From positions 86,487 to 150,486 of IMG/VR virus record IMGVR_UViG_3300028591_000104: DNA of 64,000 nucleotides; one strand, given 5' to 3'. The stretch is from a virus (lineage: Duplodnaviria > Caudoviricetes). Every line of letters begins with the position of its first letter. Positions within the stretch are counted from its first letter, which is position 1. Below the pieces are notes generated by a model, which searched no databases, was not told the DNA's origin, and was given only the letters and a program-made list of their open reading frames with translations. Of the stretch, positions 1-11,039 are shown one piece after another. Made by a program: the position numbers and the translations under genes.

Positions 1-477
1 ATTTTGGAAGAAATTAGTAGAAGAAGTGGTGGAGTAAAATTAAGGGAAGATAATGCACTATTCATGTTATCCGTAACTTTAAAAGATATTTGCACAAAGA
101 ATGATGTATTTATTATGTCATCAACACAGCTTAATGGAGATTGGAAAGAAAGTGAAACACCTGACCAGAACTTATTAAGAGGTGCGAAGAGTATCGCGGA
201 TAAGATAGACTGGGGAGCTATTATGCTTCCTGTCACGCAGACAGATAAAGAAAAGCTTCAAAGAATACTTCAAACAACAGCATTTGATGTTCCTAATATT
301 AAAATCTCAATTTATAAAAATAGACGAGGTAAATATAAGGGAGTATATCTTTGGTGTAAAGCAGATTTAGGTATTTGCAGAGTAGAACCAATGTTTGTAA
401 CTGATTTTAGTTTTGAACTACAACAAGTACCAGAAATAAAGATTATAATGGAAGAAGATTTAGGCGGGGCCTGGTAA
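1..477 (+). CDS. DnaB-like replicative helicase, C-terminal part (gene starts before the window)
   Basis: Open frame from base 1. Motifs STQLN, LRGAKSIADKID and IYKNRRG match the SF4/DnaB C-terminus. The TAA stop overlaps the primase ATG. Confidence 0.8.
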   Translation: MLEEISRRSGGVKLREDNALFMLSVTLKDICTKNDVFIMSSTQLNGDWKESETPDQNLLRGAKSIADKIDWGAIMLPVTQTDKEKLQRILQTTAFDVPNIKISIYKNRRGKYKGVYLWCKADLGICRVEPMFVTDFSFELQQVPEIKIIMEEDLGGAW

Positions 478-1610
478 TGGGATATGATAAAAAGGTAGTT
501 AAAGATTTAATAAGCACCGATCAAATATTCGAACTATTGGAAGAATATGGCGGTGAACCTGAATATGCTTTTGAGGGTAATATTATATCTCGTACCATTT
601 GTCATAACCACCCCAATGATGATGCTTCGCGTAAGTTGTATTATTATACAAATAGCAGATTATTTCATTGTTATACTGGTTGCGCCGAGCCTTCATTTGA
701 TGTTTTTCAGTTAATCATAAAAATAGCAGATATACAATTTCATCAAGAGTGGGATTTAGACCAAGCTGTAAGATTTTTGGTTTATAGACTTGGCATCGAT
801 GTTCCAAGAGAAGAAAATGAAGAAGATCCAGTTCTACTAAAGCAAGATTTTGATTACTTTGATAAAATTAATAGAGTAAAAGAATTGGATATAAAAAATT
901 ATACAACTTTACTTAATCCTTATGATGAAAAAATATTAAATAGATTTAACTATAATGTAAAAATAACCCCGTGGATTAATGAAGGTATGAACCAAGAGAC
1001 ATTAGATAAATATAAGATAGGTTTTTATCCAGGCACTGATGTAATCACTATACCACATTATGATATTAATAATAATTTTGTAGGATTGCGCGGGCGCGCT
1101 TTGGTGCGCGAAGATGCGGAGAAGTATGGTAAGTACAGACCCGTTCGCATTGGAAAAACTTTATATAACCATCCTCTTGGATTTAATCTATACGGACTTG
1201 AAAAAAATAAAGAAAGAATAAAACTTATGCAAAAGGCCGTGGTCTTTGAGGGGGAAAAGAGCGTCTTGTTATTTGACTCTTATTTTGGTTCAGAAAATAA
1301 TATCTCGGTGGCATGTTGCGGAAGTAGCTTTACAATTTATCAGTTTTATCTATTAAAAAATCTTGGAGTTAAAGAGATAATTATTGCATTTGATAAACAG
1401 TATCAACAATTCGGAGATGCTGAACATTTGCATTTAGTAAAAAATTTTTATAAAATATTAAATAGACACATAAATGATGTAATGGTGAGCTTTATATTTG
1501 ATGGTGAACAAAACCTAGGATACAAGGATTCTCCAATTGACAGAGGAGCAGATACATTTATGAAATTATTTCAGGAAAGAAGAGTGTTTGAAGGAGGAGT
1601 GTTTAAATGA
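477..1610 (+). CDS. DNA primase (DnaG-like)
   Basis: N-terminal Zn-binding CHN...HCYTGC, GLRGR, TOPRIM motifs VFEGEKS and IAFD. Located next to the helicase. No in-frame TAG. Confidence 0.85.
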   Translation: MGYDKKVVKDLISTDQIFELLEEYGGEPEYAFEGNIISRTICHNHPNDDASRKLYYYTNSRLFHCYTGCAEPSFDVFQLIIKIADIQFHQEWDLDQAVRFLVYRLGIDVPREENEEDPVLLKQDFDYFDKINRVKELDIKNYTTLLNPYDEKILNRFNYNVKITPWINEGMNQETLDKYKIGFYPGTDVITIPHYDINNNFVGLRGRALVREDAEKYGKYRPVRIGKTLYNHPLGFNLYGLEKNKERIKLMQKAVVFEGEKSVLLFDSYFGSENNISVACCGSSFTIYQFYLLKNLGVKEIIIAFDKQYQQFGDAEHLHLVKNFYKILNRHINDVMVSFIFDGEQNLGYKDSPIDRGADTFMKLFQERRVFEGGVFK

Positions 1611-3328
1611 ATTAGGAATTGCGGCAGCCGGTTGATAGAAACCTTTCACCGCTGCAAAATATATTTAAAAATAGAGGAATGCTTTAGGGAAAAGATGATA
1701 TATTAACTTATGTTTAGCCTCCCGCTTCAGTTCAATATGATTTAACTCTCATAGAGAACTTGCGAGAGGGTGCTTCTATGTTAATGAAACATATTAAAAA
1801 TAATGATAAGGTTCTTTTGGTAGTCGATGAAGACTGTGATGGATATACTTCTTCAGCTTACTTCTTGAATTACTTTAATAAACTATTTCCAGCTTTCGTA
1901 CAAAATAACATAAAATATGTTGTTCACCCAAATAAGGCGCATGGTATACCGACTAATCTAATAACAGATGAAAAATTAATTATAGTGCCCGATGCGAGTA
2001 GTAATGAATATGATATTCATAAAGAATTAAAGGAAAAAGGAATAGATGTATTGGTCATTGACCACCACGAAGCACCAGAGTTCTCTCAGTACGCATGTGT
2101 TATTAATAATCAACTTGGTAACTACCCAAATAAGTCATTATCTGGTGTGGGAATGGTATATAAGTTCTGTAGTTTCTTTGATAAGCTAATGAACACTAAT
2201 TATGCTAACACAATGTTAGATATTGTTGCTCTTGGACTTGTTGGAGATATGATGGACTTACGAAATCTTGAAACAAGGTATCTCGTAAGAGAAGGTTTTA
2301 CCACTATTACTAACCCTTTTCTTAAGGCTATGGTAATAAAACAGGAGTATTCTGTTAAAGGTCATTTAAATCCCCATAAAGCAGCATTTTATATAGTTCC
2401 TGGTATTAACTCCGTTACGAGAATAGGAACGGTAGAAGAAAAATTAGTTTTATTTGAGTCAATGGTAGAATATAAAGCCTTTGAAATGATACCTTCAAAT
2501 GGTAGAGGTAAAAAGGGAACTTTAGAGCCGAGAGTTGAACAGGCTGTCCGCAACTGTGTAAATATTCGCAATAGGCAAAACCGCATTAAAGACGATTTGG
2601 TAGAGAGTATAGACGAATTAATTAACAGAAAGAATTTGCTAGAACACAAACTTCTTGTTATTAAAGTTGAAAATCCTATAAATACAGGTATTACTGGTCT
2701 TGTAGCTAACCAGATAGCTAATAAGTATCAACGTCCAACTTTAATATTAAACTGGCGCAAAGAGCAACGCACCTGGGAAGGGTCCGGCCGCAACTACTCA
2801 AACTCCCCGCTTAAAGACTTTAGAAGTTTCCTTGAATCTACTGGACTTATTTTGTATGCACAAGGACATGCCTCAGCTTTTGGTTTTGGTATAAGCGATG
2901 AAAATTTTGAAACTTTTATCGGAAAAACCGATAAAAGTTTATCAGATGTAGAGTTTAACTATAAATATGATATAGACCTTGAATATGAAAATAATGATCT
3001 ACTTAATGGAGATATTATAGATATAGCTGAATGCGAAGACCTGTGGGGACAAAATATTGAAGAGCCACTTATCTTAATTAAAAATGTTACTGTTAATAAA
3101 GATAATATCTTTTTATACAAGGAAAAAGTATTAAAGATAGAGAATCAAAACGGTATTAGTTTTGTGAATTTATCTTCTAACCAAGAAGAGTTTGATGCCC
3201 TTTATCCTAATGATGGATATGTAAATTTAAATATAATAGGCACTTGTTCTATTAATGATTTTAATCAAATGGGGCAAATAAAAATTAAAGATTATGAAGT
3301 AGTTAGAAAGGGGGAATATTAGTTTTGA
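1607..3328 (+). CDS. recJ: RecJ-like DHH ssDNA exonuclease (4 in-frame TAG read through)
   Basis: DEDCDG, IDHH, GSGR and GHASAFG motifs. ATG at 1607 with GGAGG RBS overlaps the primase stop. TAG at 1613, 1685, 1715 and 3320. Read-through gives MN*ELR...FKNRG at the N-terminus and ...GEY*F-TGA at the C-terminus. Confidence 0.85.
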
Positions 3329-4086
3329 AAAAGTTTACTTTATTAATTTGTCAAGGAATAGTATTGTTATTTTCTCTTGTAGTTGGCTGTAATATTAAGG
3401 AAGAAGAAATAATAGAAACTGTTCCTACTACTACTGCTACAGAACAAAGTATTCCACCCCCTCCTATAACCCCTAAACCTTTACCAACCCCCGAGTAGAG
3501 AAGACCTTATGAATATGATGCCTCTTTATCATTAAAAGAAAAAGAAAAGATGGTAGAAGAGTGTAATTCTTATGTCAGTTATTTAAATTATTTTATTTGG
3601 GACGTAGATAAAGATGATGTAATTTTAGACACTGAAGAAGTAATAGAATTGTATCTTGAGGATATAGGAATTTGGAAAGAAAAAGTAAAAGAATATCCAG
3701 TAGCAGCTACAGTATGGCGCTGGGCAATCGAAGAAAAAGGATACTCAGAATATGTAGCTGCTGGGATTATAGGTAATATGATGGTTGAAGTGGGTGGTCA
3801 TACAATGGTTTTAAAACATATGACAAGAGTAGAAAAATATTTTGGATTATGTATGTGGTATTTACCCTATAGCCCAGAAGTTGATGGAAAAAGTCTAAGA
3901 GACCAACTTAATTTTTTAGGAAAAACTATGGAAAAAAATATGGGTTCTGCTCATTATAAAGAACTTTTAAATAGTAAAAATGAAAAAGAAGCATCTATTA
4001 TTTTTGCGATGTATTATGAAAGATGTATAAGGCCGTATGGAAGACAATCTGAAGCGTCTCGTGCATACAGATATTTTACCAGTTGA
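3325..4086 (+). CDS. Putative lipoprotein with phage-tail-lysozyme-like (Phage_lysozyme2) domain (1 TAG)
   Basis: TTG start overlaps the RecJ TGA. MKKFTLL...VVGC signal/lipobox, Pro/Thr-rich linker, TAG at 3496, then AAGIIGNMMVE...FGLCMW...QLNFL...YYER. Confidence 0.6.
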
Positions 4087-4162
4087 GCCGAGCGCAAACA
4101 CACAGGTTAACCGCCTTCCAAATAAAAATGGCCCTGGGAATTTTTTAAGATGGAGTTAAAGA

Positions 4163-5347
4163 ATGGAACTAAATATAGAACAAAAAGAAGCATTAAAATT
4201 AGCGATTGAGCGTTATAAGGCAGGATTTCCTTATACTTATATTGCAGGACCAGCTGGATCAGGAAAGAGTTTCTTGGTTCAGCATATTGTTGCTGCCCTT
4301 GGACTCGACCCGAGTCTTGACGTATGTTATGCTACGTACACAGGTAAGGCCGCTCTTAATCTTCAAAGGAAAAATTGTCCTAACGCTCATACACTTCATA
4401 AATTATTATATAATGCGAGACAAAATAAGAACACAGGAATATATTATTTTACACCAAAGCCAATAGGTGAATTAGAATATAAATTAATTGTTATAGATGA
4501 GATATCGATGGTAACTCAAGAGATGTGGGACTTGTTATTAGAGCATGGTATACATGTAATAGCTTTAGGAGATATTGCTCAGTTACCAGCTATTGGAGCT
4601 ACCAATGATATTTTGGATAAGCCTCATGCCGTTTTAAATGAGATTATGCGCCAAGAGGCAGATAGTGAAATTATACAAATAGCTACACTTGCGAGAACAC
4701 ATCAAGAAATTCCTTTTATGAAAGGAAAACAAGTTCAAGTTATTCATAGTTATGAATTTCAAGATGCGATGTTGGAATGGGCAGATATGACATTATGTGC
4801 AACCAATAGGCTAAGACACCAGTTAAATAGAACAGCGCGCGAGCGCAAATGGGGCGACGCAAAGGCTTTGCCGCAGAAGGGCGATAGAATCGTTTGCCTT
4901 CATAACGAATGGGGCGAGGTAACGAAGAGTGGCGACGTATTAGTCAACGGTTTAGTCGGATACATAAACGACCCGCCGCGAATCAATCCTATGCCTTCTC
5001 TTTATAGAAAATATTGCGACAAACAGGTAATATTAAATTTTATTCCAGACTTTAGAGAGCCGGGAGATACCGATGCTGTTTTTAAAAACATGAAAGCAGA
5101 TTGGAAAATCTTTACAGATGGAGAGCCTACTGTAAATTCAAAAAACTTTAAGTTTATTCCTAAGGTATTGCGTCCTTATCAATTTGATTATGCTTATGCG
5201 ATGTCTGTGTGGAAGGCACAAGGCAGTGAGTATGGGAAGGTATTACTCTTTGAAGAATCGTTTCCTTCAGGCGATGCTCATTGGCAGTATTTATACACTG
5301 GTATCACGCGTGCGGTAGACAAGCTGGTGTTAGTTAGAAAAAATTGA
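4163..5347 (+). CDS. SF1 RecD/Dda-like DNA helicase
   Basis: Walker A GPAGSGKS, IDEISM, GDIAQL, KAQGSEY and YTGITRA motifs. Confidence 0.85.
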   Translation: MELNIEQKEALKLAIERYKAGFPYTYIAGPAGSGKSFLVQHIVAALGLDPSLDVCYATYTGKAALNLQRKNCPNAHTLHKLLYNARQNKNTGIYYFTPKPIGELEYKLIVIDEISMVTQEMWDLLLEHGIHVIALGDIAQLPAIGATNDILDKPHAVLNEIMRQEADSEIIQIATLARTHQEIPFMKGKQVQVIHSYEFQDAMLEWADMTLCATNRLRHQLNRTARERKWGDAKALPQKGDRIVCLHNEWGEVTKSGDVLVNGLVGYINDPPRINPMPSLYRKYCDKQVILNFIPDFREPGDTDAVFKNMKADWKIFTDGEPTVNSKNFKFIPKVLRPYQFDYAYAMSVWKAQGSEYGKVLLFEESFPSGDAHWQYLYTGITRAVDKLVLVRKN

Positions 5348-5372
5348 CAATATATAAAAAATATGTTATAAT
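5344..5372 (+). promoter_or_regulatory. Consensus sigma70/sigmaA promoter for dnaE
   Basis: TTGACA (5344-5349), 17 nt spacer, TATAAT (5367-5372) with extended -10 TG. AAGGAGG RBS follows. Confidence 0.85.
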
Positions 5373-5409
5373 AAAGTATAAAAAGTAAAAAAGGAGGTTT
5401 TGTGAAGCG

Positions 5410-8400
5410 ATGAAGTTTCCAGGTAGCGTGCATAACCATACCGATTTTAGTAACTTTAGATTACGTGATTCTATTAATCGCGTGAATACTTTAATAGATT
5501 ATGCCATTGAATTAGGGCATGATGGTATAGCATTCACAGAACACGAGACTATTGCTAACGCAATAAGAATTGAAGAGTATAGAGATAAGATTAAAGAAAA
5601 GCATCCAAACTTTAAGATAATTCGTGGAAATGAGATTTATTTGGTTAGAAATGACCTTACACCAGAGAATTATGATAGAACTAAAGATAGATACTATCAT
5701 TTTATTTTATTGGCTAAAGATGCAGAAGGTCATAAGCAAATAAGAGAATTATCTACAAGAGCTTGGATGCGTTCGTATACTCAAAATAATATGGTTCGTG
5801 TACCGACACATTATCAAGATTTAATTGATATTATTAAAGCTAACCCAGGTCATGTAATTGGTTCCACCGCTTGTATTGGTGGAGCTTTGCCAACTCAACT
5901 TTTGAGATGGAGATTATTAGGTGATAATAGAATATATGACGCATGTGTTAAGTGGTGTCAGAATATGGTCGGAATTTTTGGAGAAAGTAATTTCTTTTTA
6001 GAATTGCAGCCTTCATTTAATAAAGACCAGATTTTTGTAAATAAGGAATTAATTAAACTTTCAAATAAGTTAAACATTCCTTATATTATAACTAATGATG
6101 CTCATTATTTGAAAAAAGAGGATGCCCCTATTCATGCGGCATTTCTTAGAGCACAGGATGGAGAAAGAGAGGTTGAGGAGTTTTACTCATCCACTTATCT
6201 TATGTCTGATGATGAAGTAAGAAATTATTTAAAAGATTATATAACTGAAGAAGAGCTTCAGACCGCATATCAGAATATAAAAAAGATAATAGATATGTGT
6301 GAAGATTATAGTATTAAAAAGGAATTAACTATTCCTCGTTTGACCTGGAAAGAACCAACAGAAGAAGTAACAGCAGAAGAAAAGCAATTTTGGTCAAAAA
6401 AGATTCCTTATATTGAAAAGTTCTTAAAGAGCGAATATAAGGAAGATGTTTTATTGGCTGAAAATATTATAGATAGAATTAGAAATGATAATGAATTAAA
6501 AAATGATAGGACTTGTGAAGAAATTAATGCGTGTCTTGAAGATACCTGGGTATCTAGTGAAAAGAATAATGCAAGATGGAGTGCATATTTTTTAAATCTT
6601 CAGAAGATAGTAGATACATGTTGGGATGCTGGTTCACTTGTAGGGTGCGGCCGTGGCTCAGGCGTAGGATTTATCCTCTTGTATTTATTAGGAATAACAC
6701 AGATTAACCCATTAAAAGAAAAGACCGCAACTTATAGATGGAGATTTTTGAACCCAGACCGTGTATCAGTACTTGATGTTGATGTAGATATTGAATCGAC
6801 AAAACGTGAACAGGTTCTTACAAAGCTCAGAGAAGTGTATGGAGAAGATAGAGTTGCGAATGTTTTAACTTTGGGCACAGAACAGAGCAAGTCCGCCATT
6901 CAAACGGCCGCCCGTGGTTTAGGAATTGATGTAGATATTGCAAGATATTTATCTTCAATGATTGAGGCAGATCGTGGTAAGACAAGGACCTTAGCGCAAA
7001 CTTTTTATGGTGATGAAGAAAATGATATAAAGCCTAATAAGCAGTTTGTTTATGAAATGACAAACAATTATCCTGAATTATGGAAAGTAGCCCAAAAGAT
7101 AGAAGGATTAATTTGCCGTACAGGTATTCATGCGGGTGGTGTAATATTTGTTGATGAACCATTCACAAACTCAACGGCTTTAATGCGCGCTCCGAGTGGT
7201 GAAATTATAACTCAATTTGAGTTGCATGATAGTGAAAAAGCAAGTTTGATTAAGTATGACTTGTTGAGCGTAGAAGCTTTGGATAAGATACATATTTGTT
7301 TAGATTTGTTACAAGAACATGACTATATTGATGATAAGGGTAGCTTGAAAGCAACTTATGAAGATACTATTGGAATATATAAGTTAGAGCGTACCGCAGA
7401 AGATATGTGGAAGATGTGCTGGGAACATAAAGTATTAAGTTTGTTCCAGATGGAGAAACAAAGTGGTATTAAGGGTATAGCTTTGTTAAAGCCTAACTCA
7501 GTAGATGAATTGGCGATTTTGAACTCAACGATTCGACTTATGGCGACTGAAAAGGGTGGCGAAATGCCAACAGAGAAGTTAACTAGGTTTAAGAATAATC
7601 CTAAATTGTGGGATGCGGAATTGCGGCAGTACGGTCTAGGGCCGGCGGAAAAAGCAGTGATTGAACCAGTGGTTGGAATCTCATATGGCTTATGTATTGC
7701 GCAAGAGCAGTTTATGCAGTTAGTACAATTGCCGGAGCTTGGTGGTTTCTCATTGACCTTTGCAGATAAACTTCGTAAATCTATTGCAAAGAAGAACCCG
7801 GCAGATTATGAAAAGATAACTAAAGAGTTTTTTAAAGAAACTAAGGAAAAAGGCTGTAACATGCAGCTTTGCCATTATGTGTGGGACGTGCTTATAGCGA
7901 TGTCTCGTGGGTATGGATTTAACCAGTCTCACACTTTGGCTTATTCATTAATTGGATTGCAAGAATTAAATTTGGCTTATAAGTTTCCTACGATATTTTG
8001 GGATACAGCTTGTTTGATTGCAAATAGCGGTGGTGAAGGAGCTTCCACAGACTATACGAAGCTTGCACAGGCAATAGGCACTGTCCGCAGAGAAGGTATT
8101 AAAGTAGGTCTTCCTAATATTAATATTTCACAGCTGGGTTTTGAACCTGATGTTGCAAGTGACCAGATTTTGTTTGGACTTAAAGCGATGTTGGGTATTG
8201 GTGATGAAGTTGTAGAGTCAATTATAGCAAACAGACCTTATACATCAATAAAAGATTTTATTAATAAAGTAAAACCGAAGAGAAGTGTAATGATTTCTTT
8301 AATAAAAGGTGGAGCTTTTGACTCAATGATGGATCGTAAATTTGCGATGGCATGGTATCTTTGGGAAACTTGCGATAAGAAAAAGCGTATTACCCTTCAG

Positions 8401-9270
8401 AATATGAATGGTTTAAAAACTTATGGTTTATTGCCAATGACGCCAGACTACATTCCATCTTTTAAGATTTATGAGTTTAATAGATATTTAAAAGCAAAAT
8501 GTAAGTTAGATTCAGTTTCTTATCAATTAGATGAAAGAGGAATTGATTTTCTTGTTTCTATTGGTTATGACACCTTAATTAACCAAGACTCTACTTTAAA
8601 AATAAAAGAGTGGGATAAAGTATATCAGAATGCGATGGACGTTTATCGTTTATGGATAAAAGAAAACCATGACCAGATATTAAAAGATTTAAATGTTAAG
8701 ATATTTAAAGAAGATTGGGACAAATATGCGACAGGTAACTTATCTTCTTGGGAAATGGACGTATTGTGTTTCTACTATCATGAGCACGAACTCGCGCACA
8801 TTGATAAAGATAAATATGGAATTGATGATTTTAATGATATTCCAGAAGAGCCTTTAGTAGAATATACTTTCCCTCGTGGTGGTATCTACATCCCGATTTA
8901 TAAATTAAATAAGATAATTGGAACAGTTATCGCAAGAGATAAAAATAAAGCTATAGTTTATCTTTTAACAACAGATGGCGTAGTTCCAGTTAAGTTCAGA
9001 AAAGAATATTTTGCATTATTTGATAAGCAAATTTCTGAAAGGAACCCAGATGGTACAAAGACCGTTAAAGAAAAGAGTTGGTTTACTAGAGGAAATAAGA
9101 TTATGGTAATGGGAATAAGGAATAATGAAGAGTTTGTAGTTAAAAAATATGCTTCTTCTATAGGGCATCAATTATATAAGATAACTGATTATTTTGAAGA
9201 TGGAACTTTAAATCTTACAAGTGATAGGTATCAAGGTGGAATAGAAGAAGAGGAAGGAGGAATGTCATGA
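5410..9270 (+). CDS. dnaE: DNA polymerase III alpha subunit (family C)
   Basis: PHP domain HNHT/TEH/GNE, GRGSG, LDVDVD, GIHAGG, KYDLL and YGFNQSH motifs. 1286 aa with no in-frame TAG. Confidence 0.95.
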   Translation: MKFPGSVHNHTDFSNFRLRDSINRVNTLIDYAIELGHDGIAFTEHETIANAIRIEEYRDKIKEKHPNFKIIRGNEIYLVRNDLTPENYDRTKDRYYHFILLAKDAEGHKQIRELSTRAWMRSYTQNNMVRVPTHYQDLIDIIKANPGHVIGSTACIGGALPTQLLRWRLLGDNRIYDACVKWCQNMVGIFGESNFFLELQPSFNKDQIFVNKELIKLSNKLNIPYIITNDAHYLKKEDAPIHAAFLRAQDGEREVEEFYSSTYLMSDDEVRNYLKDYITEEELQTAYQNIKKIIDMCEDYSIKKELTIPRLTWKEPTEEVTAEEKQFWSKKIPYIEKFLKSEYKEDVLLAENIIDRIRNDNELKNDRTCEEINACLEDTWVSSEKNNARWSAYFLNLQKIVDTCWDAGSLVGCGRGSGVGFILLYLLGITQINPLKEKTATYRWRFLNPDRVSVLDVDVDIESTKREQVLTKLREVYGEDRVANVLTLGTEQSKSAIQTAARGLGIDVDIARYLSSMIEADRGKTRTLAQTFYGDEENDIKPNKQFVYEMTNNYPELWKVAQKIEGLICRTGIHAGGVIFVDEPFTNSTALMRAPSGEIITQFELHDSEKASLIKYDLLSVEALDKIHICLDLLQEHDYIDDKGSLKATYEDTIGIYKLERTAEDMWKMCWEHKVLSLFQMEKQSGIKGIALLKPNSVDELAILNSTIRLMATEKGGEMPTEKLTRFKNNPKLWDAELRQYGLGPAEKAVIEPVVGISYGLCIAQEQFMQLVQLPELGGFSLTFADKLRKSIAKKNPADYEKITKEFFKETKEKGCNMQLCHYVWDVLIAMSRGYGFNQSHTLAYSLIGLQELNLAYKFPTIFWDTACLIANSGGEGASTDYTKLAQAIGTVRREGIKVGLPNINISQLGFEPDVASDQILFGLKAMLGIGDEVVESIIANRPYTSIKDFINKVKPKRSVMISLIKGGAFDSMMDRKFAMAWYLWETCDKKKRITLQNMNGLKTYGLLPMTPDYIPSFKIYEFNRYLKAKCKLDSVSYQLDERGIDFLVSIGYDTLINQDSTLKIKEWDKVYQNAMDVYRLWIKENHDQILKDLNVKIFKEDWDKYATGNLSSWEMDVLCFYYHEHELAHIDKDKYGIDDFNDIPEEPLVEYTFPRGGIYIPIYKLNKIIGTVIARDKNKAIVYLLTTDGVVPVKFRKEYFALFDKQISERNPDGTKTVKEKSWFTRGNKIMVMGIRNNEEFVVKKYASSIGHQLYKITDYFEDGTLNLTSDRYQGGIEEEEGGMS

Positions 9271-9596
9271 CCGCAACATTAATTATTATTTGGTCCATTT
9301 GTTTCTTATTTTGGCTTATTATGTGCGTCTCGGCTATTGTAGATCGTAGACCTTTAGCTGCCATAGCTTACGGTTTACTTACGATTCTTTGTTTTATGCT
9401 TACTGCCGTCTGTGCATACAAATTTGAGAATGAGACTTTAGAACCTACGACAGTTATTATTGTAAAAGATGTAAATGAAACTGAGGTATATGAAGATGCT
9501 ACAATTAGCCGAAAGGCTTGTTACGTAGTAACAGATAAAGACGGAAATGAACATTTGTATTCTACAGATGTAGATTACATCAGAAAGGATAAGTAA
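9267..9596 (+). CDS. Small membrane protein (two N-terminal hydrophobic helices)
   Basis: ORF coupled to dnaE (ATGA overlap) with GGAGG RBS and hydrophobic segments. Confidence 0.6.
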   Translation: MTATLIIIWSICFLFWLIMCVSAIVDRRPLAAIAYGLLTILCFMLTAVCAYKFENETLEPTTVIIVKDVNETEVYEDATISRKACYVVTDKDGNEHLYSTDVDYIRKDK

Positions 9597-10807
9597 TGGA
9601 AAATAAATGGATAAGGGCGGCAGTCCCCGCCCTACTCATACATTGTTCTATTGGTACAGTGTATTGTTGGAGTACTTTTAAAGAGTCTATAGCTAATGCT
9701 ATAGGAATGTCAACATTCTCGGTAGGTTGGGCTTTCTCGTTAGCAATATTCTTTTTAGGCATGTCAGCTGCATTCGCTGGTAAGATTGTGGAACTTAATA
9801 TTCATAAATCTTCTTTAATTGCCGCAATTTGTTTTACTGTTGGTATGCTGGGAACTGGATTAACTATTAAGTTTTTCACTGGCCCATTAGCTTTAATTTT
9901 AATTTATTTATTTTATGGTTGTATAATGGGAATTGGATTAGGCGTCGGATATCTAACTCCAGTTAAAACTTTAATGCTATGGTTTAAAGACCACAAAGGT
10001 TTAGCAACAGGTATTTCTATTATGGGTTTTGGCCTTGCAAAAGCTATTGCAACACCAATTATGGAATTTCTTCAGAATAAATTTGGTATCACAGCCATGT
10101 TTGTTATTTTGGGGATACTTTATTTTATAATGATGTTTGCTGGACACCTTCTTCTTCGTAAGCCAAAAGGATGGGTAGAAAGTAAAACAACTAATAATAG
10201 TTTTAAAGTTAGCTCAATGTTTAAAAATAAAATGTTTATTGGAATTTGGCTAATGTTTTATATAAACATTCATTGTGGTTTAATGTTAATTACTTATGAA
10301 AAACAGTTACTTAATACTAAGTTTATGGGCGCAGCGGCCTTGCCTCTTATAATCAGCATCATACCTTCGGTTACTGCGGTATGCAATGCCCTCGGCCGCA
10401 TCGGTTATTCTACAGTATCCGATAAAATGAAAGATAGAGCTACTGTTTATCAAATTATTTTTATCTCATGCGTTGCGATTTGTCTCTTGACTTTAGGAAT
10501 AAATTTTGGTATAATAATTATAGCATTGTTAATGATAGTTAATCTTGGTTATGGTGGTGGTTTTAGTACTTTACCTGCTCTGTTGGACTCAAGATTTGGA
10601 ATGGAAAATATTTCTAAAATCCACGGTCTTGCGCTATCCGCCTGGGCAATAGCTGGACTCACTGGTAACAACCTTTCAGAAATTATACTGAAAAATACTA
10701 ATAATAATTATAACATTGTAATTTCAGTAGCTATGGTACTTTATGCAGTTGCATTATTAATTTGTATAACAATGACTACTAAAAAGAGGATAAAAAATTA
10801 TGAATGA
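9596..10807 (+). CDS. MFS transporter, oxalate/formate antiporter (OFA) family-like
   Basis: About 12 hydrophobic segments. IHCSIGTVYCWSTF, GIGLGVGYLTPVKTLMLWF..HKGLATG..IMGFG and YGGGFSTLPA resemble OFA-family signatures. Confidence 0.8.
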   Translation: MENKWIRAAVPALLIHCSIGTVYCWSTFKESIANAIGMSTFSVGWAFSLAIFFLGMSAAFAGKIVELNIHKSSLIAAICFTVGMLGTGLTIKFFTGPLALILIYLFYGCIMGIGLGVGYLTPVKTLMLWFKDHKGLATGISIMGFGLAKAIATPIMEFLQNKFGITAMFVILGILYFIMMFAGHLLLRKPKGWVESKTTNNSFKVSSMFKNKMFIGIWLMFYINIHCGLMLITYEKQLLNTKFMGAAALPLIISIIPSVTAVCNALGRIGYSTVSDKMKDRATVYQIIFISCVAICLLTLGINFGIIIIALLMIVNLGYGGGFSTLPALLDSRFGMENISKIHGLALSAWAIAGLTGNNLSEIILKNTNNNYNIVISVAMVLYAVALLICITMTTKKRIKNYE

Positions 10808-10949
10808 AGAGCAAAGAAGAGAAGTGGAAAGGGAAGAGATTGATACATCTCTTCCCCCTTCAGAACTCCAAAGTTATGCGATAATGCGCAAACTTGGACA
10901 AATGAAAAACTTAGAACATTACTATGAAAGAGAAGACGAGTGGAATTAA
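10800..10949 (+). CDS. Small hypothetical protein (49 aa)
   Basis: ATG 10800 with GAGG RBS overlapping the MFS end. MNEEQRREVERE...REDEWN, TAA stop. Confidence 0.5.
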   Translation: MNEEQRREVEREEIDTSLPPSELQSYAIMRKLGQMKNLEHYYEREDEWN

Positions 10950-11039
10950 TCCAGAACAAGTAATTATCTTAAATAATTTTTCATAATATTAAAGGTCAGA
11001 CCTTAGAAATGACCTAAAATAGCAAAGGAGAAAAGAATT

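Noticed and set aside
10950-11039. NrdR box or riboswitch upstream of nrdD
   Set aside because: Only a short AGGTCA/TGACCT hairpin is present, with no match to the NrdR consensus or a known riboswitch.
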